Shown piece by piece: positions 10,021-18,225 of a stretch of DNA of 64,000 nucleotides (position 1 is its first letter; the number at the start of each line of letters is the position of its first letter). The translations under genes were made by a program, and so were the position numbers. This DNA is from Candidatus Binatia bacterium (GTDB lineage: Bacteria; Desulfobacterota; Binatia; DP-6): assembly GCA_035295465.1 (NCBI GenBank), contig DATGIZ010000035.1:74677-138676 (forward strand). The letters are read 5' to 3'. The notes under the pieces are model-generated. The model had not been told where the DNA came from. It made no database searches and was given only the letters and a program-made list of their open reading frames with translations.

Positions 10021-10614
10021 CTACGATCCTGCTTCAAGGACGCCTGCTCTTCTCATACAGTCCTCGACCTTGGCCTTCGCGCGGAAGTGCTTCGATGCGA
10101 CGGTCCCTTGAGGAAGATCGAACACGGCGGCGATTTCGTCGTACGGGTAGCCTTCCGCCCGCCTCAGGAAGATCTGCCGATCGAGGTCGGTAAGTTCCTG
10201 CAGACAACGTACAGCTTGGTCGAGGAGCTGCCGCATGGTGGCGGCCTTCTCCGGATCCTGGCTCTCTGGCGTGAGCCATGTTGGGTCAGGTCGAGCACAT
10301 CCGGTGTCCTCTTCGGGGACCTCGCGGCGGCGAGCCTGCGCCCGCTGATAGTCCCTGATCTTATTGGCCGTGATGGTCCGCAGGAAGGCGCGAAACTCCC
10401 ATTCCGTATCCCCGTGGAACTGGTCCAGCGCCCCTTTCGCCAGAGTCAGGAAGACCTCCTGGAAGAGATCTTCCCGGCCGGCCTGTCCTAAGCCTTGAAC
10501 TTGCCTCAGGATTCCCCAGACGAGCCGCCTGTATCGGTCAACGAGAGCCTCCCAGACTGACCGTTCGAGGCCGGCGGCCCGTCTGATGCGCTCACGAATC
10601 TCCACCGCGACCAC
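10021..10614 (-). CDS. ECF subfamily RNA polymerase sigma-70 factor
   Basis: Region 2 is DLFQEVFLTLAKG; region 4 is YDEIAAVFDLPQGTVASKHFRAKAKV; it is co-oriented immediately upstream of the anti-sigma-protease gene. Confidence 0.85.
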   Translation of the reverse strand: MVAVEIRERIRRAAGLERSVWEALVDRYRRLVWGILRQVQGLGQAGREDLFQEVFLTLAKGALDQFHGDTEWEFRAFLRTITANKIRDYQRAQARRREVPEEDTGCARPDPTWLTPESQDPEKAATMRQLLDQAVRCLQELTDLDRQIFLRRAEGYPYDEIAAVFDLPQGTVASKHFRAKAKVEDCMRRAGVLEAGS

Positions 10615-10703
10615 GGAAAAAAAACCGAATTCCCGCGTCCTTCTCCCGCAGAGAGGCGACGTCCCAAGGGGACCACGCCAAGAAGGAAAGGGAGGACTCG
10701 ATC

Positions 10704-11018
10704 ATGGGCGACGCGCGTTGGTTGAAGAAGGCCATGCTGGGGGCGGCCATGCTCTGCGTGGCATCGTCGTCCGCTTGGGCCGACGTCTACGTCCACGGCT
10801 ACTATCGCGGGAACGGGACGTACGTCCAGCCATACGTTCGCAGCGACCCGGACGGGAACCCGTACAACAACTGGAGCTACCCGGGGAACGTGAATCCGTA
10901 CACGGGTCGCGTCGCACCTGGCAACGCCGATACGTACCTTTACAACTACTACAACCGGAACGGGGGCAGTGGCTTCGGAACGCTGGATGACTCCGAAGAC
11001 GAGGGTGGCGATGATTGA
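10704..11018 (+). CDS. small secreted protein with NPY/YxxN repeats and a polyacidic C-terminus
   Basis: Signal peptide AMLCVASSSAWA; Tyr/Asn/Pro-rich repeats; tail DDSEDEGGDD; it is divergent from the ECF sigma gene and paralogous to 11738-12034. Confidence 0.55.
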   Translation: MGDARWLKKAMLGAAMLCVASSSAWADVYVHGYYRGNGTYVQPYVRSDPDGNPYNNWSYPGNVNPYTGRVAPGNADTYLYNYYNRNGGSGFGTLDDSEDEGGDD

Positions 11019-11415
11019 ACGGCATCAAAGTGTGCAGAGTCCGTCGGGCCTCCGGTCCGCATCTGTGCGGCTCGCGGGACTGGCCCTACTCATGGCACTT
11101 TCGCTGGGCGCAAGCGGCTGGGCGGCCACCGTTGCCGAGATTGCGAAGAACCCCACCGGCTTCGATCAGAAAACGGTGACGGTGAGTGGTACCGCCGAGG
11201 CGGTTAGCAGCCGCACCTCACGCCGGGGCAACCCGTATACGACGTTTCGGCTCGCTGGCCAGGGCGAGGTGGTCAAGGTCTTCAGCTTTGGGACGCTGCC
11301 GATCAAGCCAGGGGATCGGGTCCAAGTCCAAGGCACCTTTCAACACGTGAAACACGTCGGTCCTAGCACGTTCTATGACGAGATCACGGCATCGTCGGTT
11401 GAGCCCACCAAATAG
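11011..11415 (+). CDS. secreted hypothetical protein, possibly a BOF/OB-fold-like periplasmic protein
   Basis: ATG at 11011 overlaps the preceding stop; signal peptide LAGLALLMALSLGASGWAA; a beta-rich pattern of the OB-fold type. Confidence 0.45.
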   Translation: MIERHQSVQSPSGLRSASVRLAGLALLMALSLGASGWAATVAEIAKNPTGFDQKTVTVSGTAEAVSSRTSRRGNPYTTFRLAGQGEVVKVFSFGTLPIKPGDRVQVQGTFQHVKHVGPSTFYDEITASSVEPTK

Positions 11416-11457
11416 CATGACGGTGCTTTGGGGCGCGGGCCATCAAGGAGATACGAT

Positions 11458-11685
11458 ATGAGAAGGATCGTGACGCTTGGTACCCTGGTTGCAGTTGCCC
11501 TCCTCTTCTCGCCACCCGTTTTTCGACCTCACCGAGCCGCGGCGCGGTCGGGGGCGGGCACTGGCGTGCCAGCGAACGACGTCGAGAAAAGTGGCTGCTG
11601 CTCTTGGCACGGGGGCGTCTGCGGGTGCGAGGGCAACCGGGTGCAGTGCTGCGACGGCACACTGAGCCCAAGCTGCACCTGCTAG
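11458..11685 (+). CDS. small secreted Cys-rich peptide (bacteriocin/toxin-like)
   Basis: AAGGAG RBS before the ATG at 11458; a signal peptide then the mature tail CCSWHGGVCGCEGNRVQCCDGTLSPSCTC, with 9 Cys in 28 residues. Confidence 0.5.
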   Translation: MRRIVTLGTLVAVALLFSPPVFRPHRAAARSGAGTGVPANDVEKSGCCSWHGGVCGCEGNRVQCCDGTLSPSCTC

Positions 11686-11737
11686 AGCTGCGACTCTTCA
11701 CCCGAGGATCCGTCATCGAGCACGAGGAGGGGGAAAA

Positions 11738-12034
11738 ATGAAGGTTCTTCTACTGACGCTCGTTGTTCTCATCACCGGTATCACCTGGGCAGGAAGCCCC
11801 ATCGTCGTTGCACCGGATGGGACTTACCTTGGGAACTTGAATAGTAACCCATACGATCCGAACTCCGTCGCCAATCCCTACGGCCGCTACGGCAGTCCGT
11901 ACAGCCCAGACAGCATCAACAACCCGTACGGGCAGTACGGGAGTCCGTATAGCCCGAATAGCGTGACGAACCCGTACGCCGTACCTAGCCTCCCGCCGTC
12001 TGACAGCGGATTAGGTGACGACGACGAGGACTGA
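11738..12034 (+). CDS. small secreted protein with NPY/SPYSP repeats and a polyacidic C-terminus (paralog of 10704-11018)
   Basis: Signal peptide MKVLLLTLVVLITGITWAGS; repeats NPYDPNS / NPYGRYGSPYSP; tail GDDDED. Confidence 0.55.
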   Translation: MKVLLLTLVVLITGITWAGSPIVVAPDGTYLGNLNSNPYDPNSVANPYGRYGSPYSPDSINNPYGQYGSPYSPNSVTNPYAVPSLPPSDSGLGDDDED

Positions 12035-12732
12035 GGTGGGGCGCACGTCGCGAGCCGCGCCCGCAGTCGAAGGCACGACACCCTAGGGCCCATTGGGCAC
12101 ACGTCCGCCACGCGGCTGCACATGAGCGGGGTCGAGCCGGGGCGGCACCGCCAGCCGCTGGCGCCCCGAACCTCGGGGCCGCCGTGAGCAACCTGCCGAT
12201 CGTGGGGCCCACCCTCGGGCGCCTTGCCGGGGGCGTCGACAACGCCGTGGCCAACCCGGCAGGGGCCATGCGCGGCGTGCTCGGCGGCGTGGGCGATTGA
12301 TGTGAAGTTCCCCCAGTCGCCGACCGTCTTGCGACATCGGCGCCGAGATTGGCTCGTCGCTCGTCTGGGTGCTGTCCTAAGTAGGGCCGCAGGCTTGCCC
12401 ATCACAAGGCGGCCGTCCGCGTCCATGAGACGCTACGGGTGACGCCCGCAATGGCGCTTGGAGTGACGGACCATGTATGGACGATCGCGGAGTTGGTTGA
12501 TGCCGCACTCTCGGCTCCGGTACCCCCGCCGCTCCTGCCCCCAGGTCAGCAGACCCTTCCGGGCATGAGCGCGGGTCGGGCGAAGGGGACGCGCGGAGGA
12601 CAGCGGCATGGCGAGCGGCCCATACGACTTCGCGTCATCAAAGGCGGTCGAAGCGTCTGACGCAACGCTTCGGGGCCGCCGAAGCACCCCCGTTGGCGGC
12701 AGCGGCGCATCTACGCTACCCTGCCGTCACCG

Positions 12733-13212
12733 ATGCCCTATTCGGCCAAAGCAATCGCCAACTGGTTCTTGAAGAGGGACGAGCTGAGCCCAATGAAGCT
12801 TCAGAAGCTCGTCTACTTCGCCCACGGTTGGAAGCTCGGCCTCCGGGGCACGCCGCTGATCAATGAGGAGATTGAGGCGTGGGACTACGGGCCGGTGGTG
12901 CCCGACCTCTATCACGAGTTCAAGCAATTCGGCAGCGCACCGATCACGGCCTTCGCGACGCGTTGGAAGCTCGACGACGGGAAGCCGCGGTTGGTGCAGC
13001 CGCTCGTCCCGCCCGATGCCGTAGACACGCAAGCCCTTCTCCGTCGCATCTGGAAGGTCTACGGGCACAAGACCGGTGGACAACTGTCCGCCATTACACA
13101 CCTTCCCGACTCGCCGTGGAGTCAGATCCGGCGAGAGTGCAACACTCGCGGCGCCGTCATTCCTAACGAGCGCATCGCCGCGTATTTCAAGCGCCTCGCT
13201 CAGCGTCCGTAG
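12733..13212 (+). CDS. Panacea domain (DUF4065) protein, SocA/PanA-like antitoxin
   Basis: MKLQKLVYFAHGW ... EAWDYGPVVPDLY is characteristic of DUF4065; a small toxin candidate lies immediately downstream, its ATG abutting this gene's TAG stop. Confidence 0.78.
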   Translation: MPYSAKAIANWFLKRDELSPMKLQKLVYFAHGWKLGLRGTPLINEEIEAWDYGPVVPDLYHEFKQFGSAPITAFATRWKLDDGKPRLVQPLVPPDAVDTQALLRRIWKVYGHKTGGQLSAITHLPDSPWSQIRRECNTRGAVIPNERIAAYFKRLAQRP

Positions 13213-13692
13213 ATGAGCGATGAGGTCCGCCCGAAGCCTTCAACGGAGGAACCCCCGCCGAAGGCCGAGCTGGACCTCATTAAGGTCCCCGCCGAGCCCC
13301 TTCCCGAGGAGGAGGGTGAGCGTTTCGAGCGGCAGGAAGCGGAAGCACTTGATCGCGAGCGGACAAAGGAGGACCAGCTCCAAGATCGCGAGCGCCAGCT
13401 CGCGCTGGACATCAAGGAGCACGGTCTCCGTCAAGCCCGGCACGAGCTTGCGGAACGCACCAAGTACGCGGGCCGCCTCTTCAACCTCATCCTGTGGTGG
13501 CTGGTCGGGATAGGCGGGATCATCCTCCTTCAGGGATTTCATCGACTGCCGTTCTGGCCACACATTCGCTTCAGGCTCTCTGATCCGGCCCTGCTCGCGC
13601 TCATCGGAGGCACGACGCTCAACGTCCTCGGCATCTTCGTCGTCGTGGTGAACTACCTCTTCCCCAAGCGAAGAGATGGGCGAATGTTCTAA
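13213..13692 (+). CDS. small membrane protein, candidate PanT-like toxin partner
   Basis: The ATG directly abuts the PanA stop; a charged coiled-coil N-terminus and two predicted C-terminal TM helices (LFNLILWWLVGIGGIILL, LIGGTTLNVLGIFVVVVNYLF). Confidence 0.45.
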   Translation: MSDEVRPKPSTEEPPPKAELDLIKVPAEPLPEEEGERFERQEAEALDRERTKEDQLQDRERQLALDIKEHGLRQARHELAERTKYAGRLFNLILWWLVGIGGIILLQGFHRLPFWPHIRFRLSDPALLALIGGTTLNVLGIFVVVVNYLFPKRRDGRMF

Positions 13693-13815
13693 CTTCCCGT
13701 CGCGGGTGTCCGACTTTAGGACATCACCCTCGTCCGCGCGACATTGCAACGGATGCGCGTTTCGGTCTAGAAGAGGTACGTTCTCCGTGTCGGAGCCCGG
13801 GGAAGTCGTTGTGAC

Positions 13816-15390
13816 GTGAGCAATCGACGAGCGCGCGGCGCACCTCGGAGAGACCGTGCCTCCGGGCCTGAACTGGTCTTCGGCGTCGTAGGGGCCTTGG
13901 GTACCGACGTCGGCAGGCTCACGAGCACCCTACAGGAAGCACTCTCCGACTTCCGCTACACGCCTGTTCCCATTCGCCTCTCGGATCTGCTGCGCGAGTT
14001 CCCGGCTTGGAGCGGTCTGCCAAGGAGCCCGCACGATGACAGAATCGAAGCGCTTCAGAACGCCGGAAACGAGCTGCGCAAGGCCGGCGGGGGCGAAGCG
14101 ATGGCGGCCCTCGCCCTTGCGGAGATCCAGGGATACCGAACGCGTAACGGCCACGATGCGAAGAAGCCAGTAAGCGCTGCCGCGTACATCCTCCGATCAC
14201 TGAAGCACCCCGCAGAAGAGGAGCTGCTGCGAGCGATCTATGGCTCGTCGTTCTTCCTCATCGCCGCCTACGCTCCGATAGAGGAGCGGCGGAAAAACCT
14301 CGCGCGCGAGATAGCACGGTCCCGCCATGGCATGCGCCAAGCCGAGGCGCTCGCCCGGTCCGACACCCTGATCCAAAGGGACGATCACGAGCAGGATCGC
14401 TCGCATGGACAGCTAGTTAGGGACACGTTCCCGCGCGCCGACGTGTTTGTTGCAGTTCATCGCCCCGATGAGACGGTTGAACAGATGCAGCGCTTCGTCG
14501 ACTTGGTCTTCGGCCACCCGTTCCACACCCCAACACAAGACGAATTCGCGATGTTTCAGGCTCGAGCGGGAGCACTGCGATCAGCGGATCTTTCCCGCCA
14601 AATCGGTGCAGCGATTGCGACGGGGCATGGCAGCGTTGTGGCCCTTGGAACAAACGAGGTGCCCAGGGCCGGCGGCGGCCAGTACTGGTCTGGGGATCGT
14701 CCGGACCACCGAGATTTTCAGCTCGGAGAAGACGAGAGTCTCCGTATCCGTAGCAGCATGCTGGCCGAGATACTCCTGCGGATGGAAGCTGAGGGGTGGC
14801 TTCAGATGGAGGTCGGGACAAGAGTCAAACGGGACGTGGACAGGGAGGTCGGAGTCCTATTGCCCCTTCTGAGGGAGACGACCATGATGAGCGTCGGAGA
14901 GTTCGGCAGGACGGTACATGCCGAGATGGCAGCTCTCATGGATGCCGCTAGACGCGGCGTACCTGTTCAGGGCTCTACGCTCTTTTCCACCACGTTTCCC
15001 TGCCACAACTGCACCAAGCACATCGTGGCAGCAGGGATAAGAAGGGTCGTATACATTGAGCCCTTCCCCAAGAGCCGTGCGGCAGAGCTTCACGATGATT
15101 CGATCGTTGTTGATCCCTCCGGGCAAGTCGAGGGGAAGGTGAACTTCGAGCCCTTCGTGGGCATCGCGCCGAGGCGCTACCTCGAGCTTTTCACGATGCA
15201 GCGTCGTGAGAACCCTGACGGTTCGGTTGTTCGATTCACGAGGGCGGCCGCTGCCCCGCGAGTCTCGGCAACGAGGGGCTACGTAGAGACGGAAGACGTC
15301 GCGGTCGTCGAGCTTTGGAAACGGCTGAAGCAAGCTGGTATGAGGCTCCACACGCCCGAAGGAAGGCGCCGCGGGACAGTGAGGAGGTGA
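13816..15390 (+). CDS. dCMP/cytidine deaminase zinc-binding domain protein with a long N-terminal domain (anti-phage dCTP deaminase-like)
   Basis: C-terminal HAEMAAL...PCHNCTKHIVAAGIRRVVY deaminase motifs (HxE, PCxxC); a roughly 270-aa N-terminal domain of unknown type; GTG start; on the island next to a toxin-antitoxin pair. Confidence 0.62.
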   Translation: MSNRRARGAPRRDRASGPELVFGVVGALGTDVGRLTSTLQEALSDFRYTPVPIRLSDLLREFPAWSGLPRSPHDDRIEALQNAGNELRKAGGGEAMAALALAEIQGYRTRNGHDAKKPVSAAAYILRSLKHPAEEELLRAIYGSSFFLIAAYAPIEERRKNLAREIARSRHGMRQAEALARSDTLIQRDDHEQDRSHGQLVRDTFPRADVFVAVHRPDETVEQMQRFVDLVFGHPFHTPTQDEFAMFQARAGALRSADLSRQIGAAIATGHGSVVALGTNEVPRAGGGQYWSGDRPDHRDFQLGEDESLRIRSSMLAEILLRMEAEGWLQMEVGTRVKRDVDREVGVLLPLLRETTMMSVGEFGRTVHAEMAALMDAARRGVPVQGSTLFSTTFPCHNCTKHIVAAGIRRVVYIEPFPKSRAAELHDDSIVVDPSGQVEGKVNFEPFVGIAPRRYLELFTMQRRENPDGSVVRFTRAAAAPRVSATRGYVETEDVAVVELWKRLKQAGMRLHTPEGRRRGTVRR

Positions 15391-15393
15391 GTC

Positions 15394-15564
15394 ATGGTGG
15401 ACAAGGGGCAGAAGCCATCGGGCTGGATTGGTCGCAGGATGGAGGACTTGGAGCGAGAGTCGAAAGACTGGCCCATCTGGAAGCAAGAGGATCTCCGAGA
15501 GCGCCTCGAGCGTGATGGTGTGCAGTGCGTAGAGCCTTCCGATCAGCCTCGAGGCAAATCGTAG
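15394..15564 (+). CDS. small hypothetical protein (56 aa) overlapping the deaminase stop
   Basis: GAGGAGG RBS 6 nt upstream of the ATG; a charged product MVDKGQKPSGWIGRRMEDLERESKDWPIWKQEDL...; not in the ORF track (under 60 aa). Confidence 0.3.
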   Translation: MVDKGQKPSGWIGRRMEDLERESKDWPIWKQEDLRERLERDGVQCVEPSDQPRGKS

Positions 15565-15582
15565 CAGCGCGTCGACGGGCGC

Positions 15583-16167
15583 ATGCGCACCGTGGTGACC
15601 CGCGCCGACTGGCTCGGCGCCTCTGGCCCCACGAACGCGTTCCTATGGGAGCAAGTGGCGCGGCGTCGTGGCGAAAGCCCCACAGCGCCCGTGGCCGTCG
15701 TGCGGTTGGAGGACCTTGCCCCGGGTGCAAGCGCCGACACCGCCCCCGACCCGCAGCACACGGCACCCGGGGCACCAGCCGTGGCCGTGGACCCGGGCGT
15801 GCCACTTCGCCGCCGCGCCGCCGGCGCTCCTCTGGCGCTCGCGATCACGTCAACGGCGCTCGCGTCAGGGAGGCGAGTCGAGTGCCCGCATTGCGGGGAG
15901 CACTTCACGCCGGCGCCGAAGCCCGGGAAGAAACCGACGCGCCGCCTGCCACCGGATGCCCGGTTCCTCAGTTGGCTCGCGGCTCGGGGCGGCAGTGCCT
16001 CCGTGAGCAGCATCGCCCGCCGGTTCCACCTGCGCCGAGCCGAGCTTGTCGTCCTCCTCGGCCGCTTCGCCCACGCCGGTGTCGTCTTGAACCACGACGG
16101 CCGTGGTGGCGGCTACCGCTTTCACTTGCTGCGCGTGCCCGCCCGCTCGAGCGCGCTGGCCCTGTAG
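15583..16167 (+). CDS. hypothetical protein with a CPHC zinc-ribbon-like motif
   Basis: ORF only; CPHCGEHF motif; no recognisable family. Confidence 0.35.
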   Translation: MRTVVTRADWLGASGPTNAFLWEQVARRRGESPTAPVAVVRLEDLAPGASADTAPDPQHTAPGAPAVAVDPGVPLRRRAAGAPLALAITSTALASGRRVECPHCGEHFTPAPKPGKKPTRRLPPDARFLSWLAARGGSASVSSIARRFHLRRAELVVLLGRFAHAGVVLNHDGRGGGYRFHLLRVPARSSALAL

Positions 16168-16648
16168 CTGGTGCGAGGTGGGTGCGGGTTGGGCACGCCC
16201 AGCTCCGCGGCCGCATCTCGCGCACGCGCCCGGCAGGCCGCGCCATGCGGAACGCAGTCCCACCGCTGGCACTAGTCGGTACCGGTCCGGATTAGGAATC
16301 CGCGGAGCGGTTCTAGGCAGCGGAACTCCCAGGGGTTTCCAGCGCCTCTCCGCCTTCTCTCCGCGTCGCGACCAAGCCGGGCTCGCCGATCTGCCGTGAT
16401 CGCTGCTGAGGCGATCGCGAAGGGGGGGACTATAGCACTTTGGCCGTTTGCCGGGCTGGGGCACGCCCCTTCCCGGAATTACTAAAGCGGCTCACAAGAG
16501 CTTCGACGCGCTGCGTTAGCACCGAGCGCACCGAGCCCTCCGTGCACTCACGGCGTCCTCGATGGAGCCCCGACGTGCGACGTCGGCGGTGCGACGTGCT
16601 TACTCGGCCGTCGTCTCGCCGGACTGTCTCGTTCGCTCGATTCGTTTG

Positions 16649-17242
16649 CTACGCGTGCGATCGTTCGACAGCCACACTGCCCCAAGCAGGACGGCAAGTA
16701 GCAACAGCATGGTGATGACCACAAGTAGCGCATGCACCGAAAGCACGCTGAGCACCACGAAGCACCCGATGCCGAGCACGCACAGCGTCACGACCACTGC
16801 CCAGGCATACCGAATACGGCGACGGCGCGCGGATTCGCCCACGACACCGATATACGTGAACGCCTTCACCGCCTTTTCCGAAGTCGGGGTTGCGGCGCAT
16901 CGCCGCCACGGCGCGGCGGTGCCGCCTCTCGACGGGGAGACGTAAGACTGCGTAGAGTGCTTCCAGACCGGCCACGATGATCCCCAGCGTTGCGAAGACT
17001 ACGTTCTCCGCGTGAGTGTATGGTCTTCCTCCCCGGTCGAACACGAGGACCTGGACGAGCACATAGAGGACAAGGGCGACGCAGGGCGGCCAGAATGTCC
17101 ACGCGGCAGCGAGGTTGTAGCGATGCTTCGCCCGTTCGCAGGCCACTAACGTTTCGGCTAGGTCGTTCGCTTCGCGTGCACCGAACGCCAACCCGTCCTT
17201 GACTGCCTCAACGATCGTGTACCGTGAACCTTCTCGCGTCAT
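16649..17242 (-). CDS. hypothetical membrane protein (extent uncertain; the C-terminal third is probably read-through)
   Basis: Two hydrophobic helices; competes with an overlapping 89-aa membrane ORF (16600-16869) in another frame. Confidence 0.25.
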   Translation of the reverse strand: MTREGSRYTIVEAVKDGLAFGAREANDLAETLVACERAKHRYNLAAAWTFWPPCVALVLYVLVQVLVFDRGGRPYTHAENVVFATLGIIVAGLEALYAVLRLPVERRHRRAVAAMRRNPDFGKGGEGVHVYRCRGRIRAPSPYSVCLGSGRDAVRARHRVLRGAQRAFGACATCGHHHAVATCRPAWGSVAVERSHA

Positions 17243-17321
17243 GGGTCATTCCAACAAGAAATTCGCGTGGCGTCGCCGCTTCTTCGATGGAGCGTAGCTC
17301 CCCCCGCAGGGGAGCGGCAAA

Positions 17322-18107
17322 CTACTTCTTGGAGATCCCGCCTGACTTCGGCTCCAGACTCTCGCGACGCTGGCGCTCAGCATCCTCGTCTGTAGAGAAT
17401 ATGCGCGCCCGCTGATAGCGCCGAATACGCCGGCGCATCTCGTCATCGCTCCACGGTGGCCACCTCCCGGTCCTCATGTAGTGCTTGAAGCGCTCACGGT
17501 AGGTCCGTTCGACTTCGGGGAAACCACGGGCAAGCCGGCGGTCCCACCCTCTGCCGCTGGCGAGGGCCGCCCCCAATGCCCGACGGTCCTCTGGATCGGA
17601 TTGGACTTGGACTGCGCGCTCCAAGAACTGCCGCACCCGCGGGTCGGTGCAGAGTGCGATCGGCTTGAGACGAACAATATCCGCAATTGCTCGCCGAATC
17701 GCCCGCTCGACCCCTTCCAGTGCTCCCGGTGGCGTCGGCGCCGCGAAGGAGCGCTCGTATTGAGGGCGGTAGTTCTCTCGGAGGGCCAGCGCCTCGTCGA
17801 GGGCCTTGCTCGCCTCCTCCACGGTGCGCGCGGCGCCACGAATGGCTCGGCCGCTCTGCCGATGGAGCGGTCGACTTCCCACCACCTCGGCGAAGAGGTG
17901 ATCGAGCGGGGAGCCGAGCGCGCGGGCCAACCGGTTGAGGGTGCTGAGTTTGGGGTCGCCACCGCGCTCGATCGTCCCGATCTGAGGCTGCGAAACTCGC
18001 GCCTTGCGCGCGAGTTCACGAAGGCTCCACCCGCGGTCGTCGCGGAGGCGCCGCACCGTTCGACCGACCCGCTGCCCGAGTGACCCGATAGGTGGACTGA
18101 TCAGCAC
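17322..18107 (-). CDS. XRE family helix-turn-helix transcriptional regulator with a C-terminal extension (island repressor-like)
   Basis: WSLRELARKARVSQPQIGTIERGGDPKLSTLNRLARALG is a cro/C1-type HTH. Confidence 0.72.
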   Translation of the reverse strand: MLISPPIGSLGQRVGRTVRRLRDDRGWSLRELARKARVSQPQIGTIERGGDPKLSTLNRLARALGSPLDHLFAEVVGSRPLHRQSGRAIRGAARTVEEASKALDEALALRENYRPQYERSFAAPTPPGALEGVERAIRRAIADIVRLKPIALCTDPRVRQFLERAVQVQSDPEDRRALGAALASGRGWDRRLARGFPEVERTYRERFKHYMRTGRWPPWSDDEMRRRIRRYQRARIFSTDEDAERQRRESLEPKSGGISKK

Positions 18108-18225
18108 GGATGATGCTGGCGTGCAAGCCCTTGCGCCGCCTGTTCATCCTCGCTGCCGCCTTCGACCACTTTGTGCCCTGGATTCAGCCTTGGTGCCCTT
18201 GAAGCGGTGGGCTACCTCCCTACCC

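Noticed and set aside
16600-16869. 89-aa highly hydrophobic ORF
   Set aside because: It overlaps 16649-17242 in another frame. Neither can be preferred from sequence alone, so I reported the longer one at low confidence and left this as the alternative.
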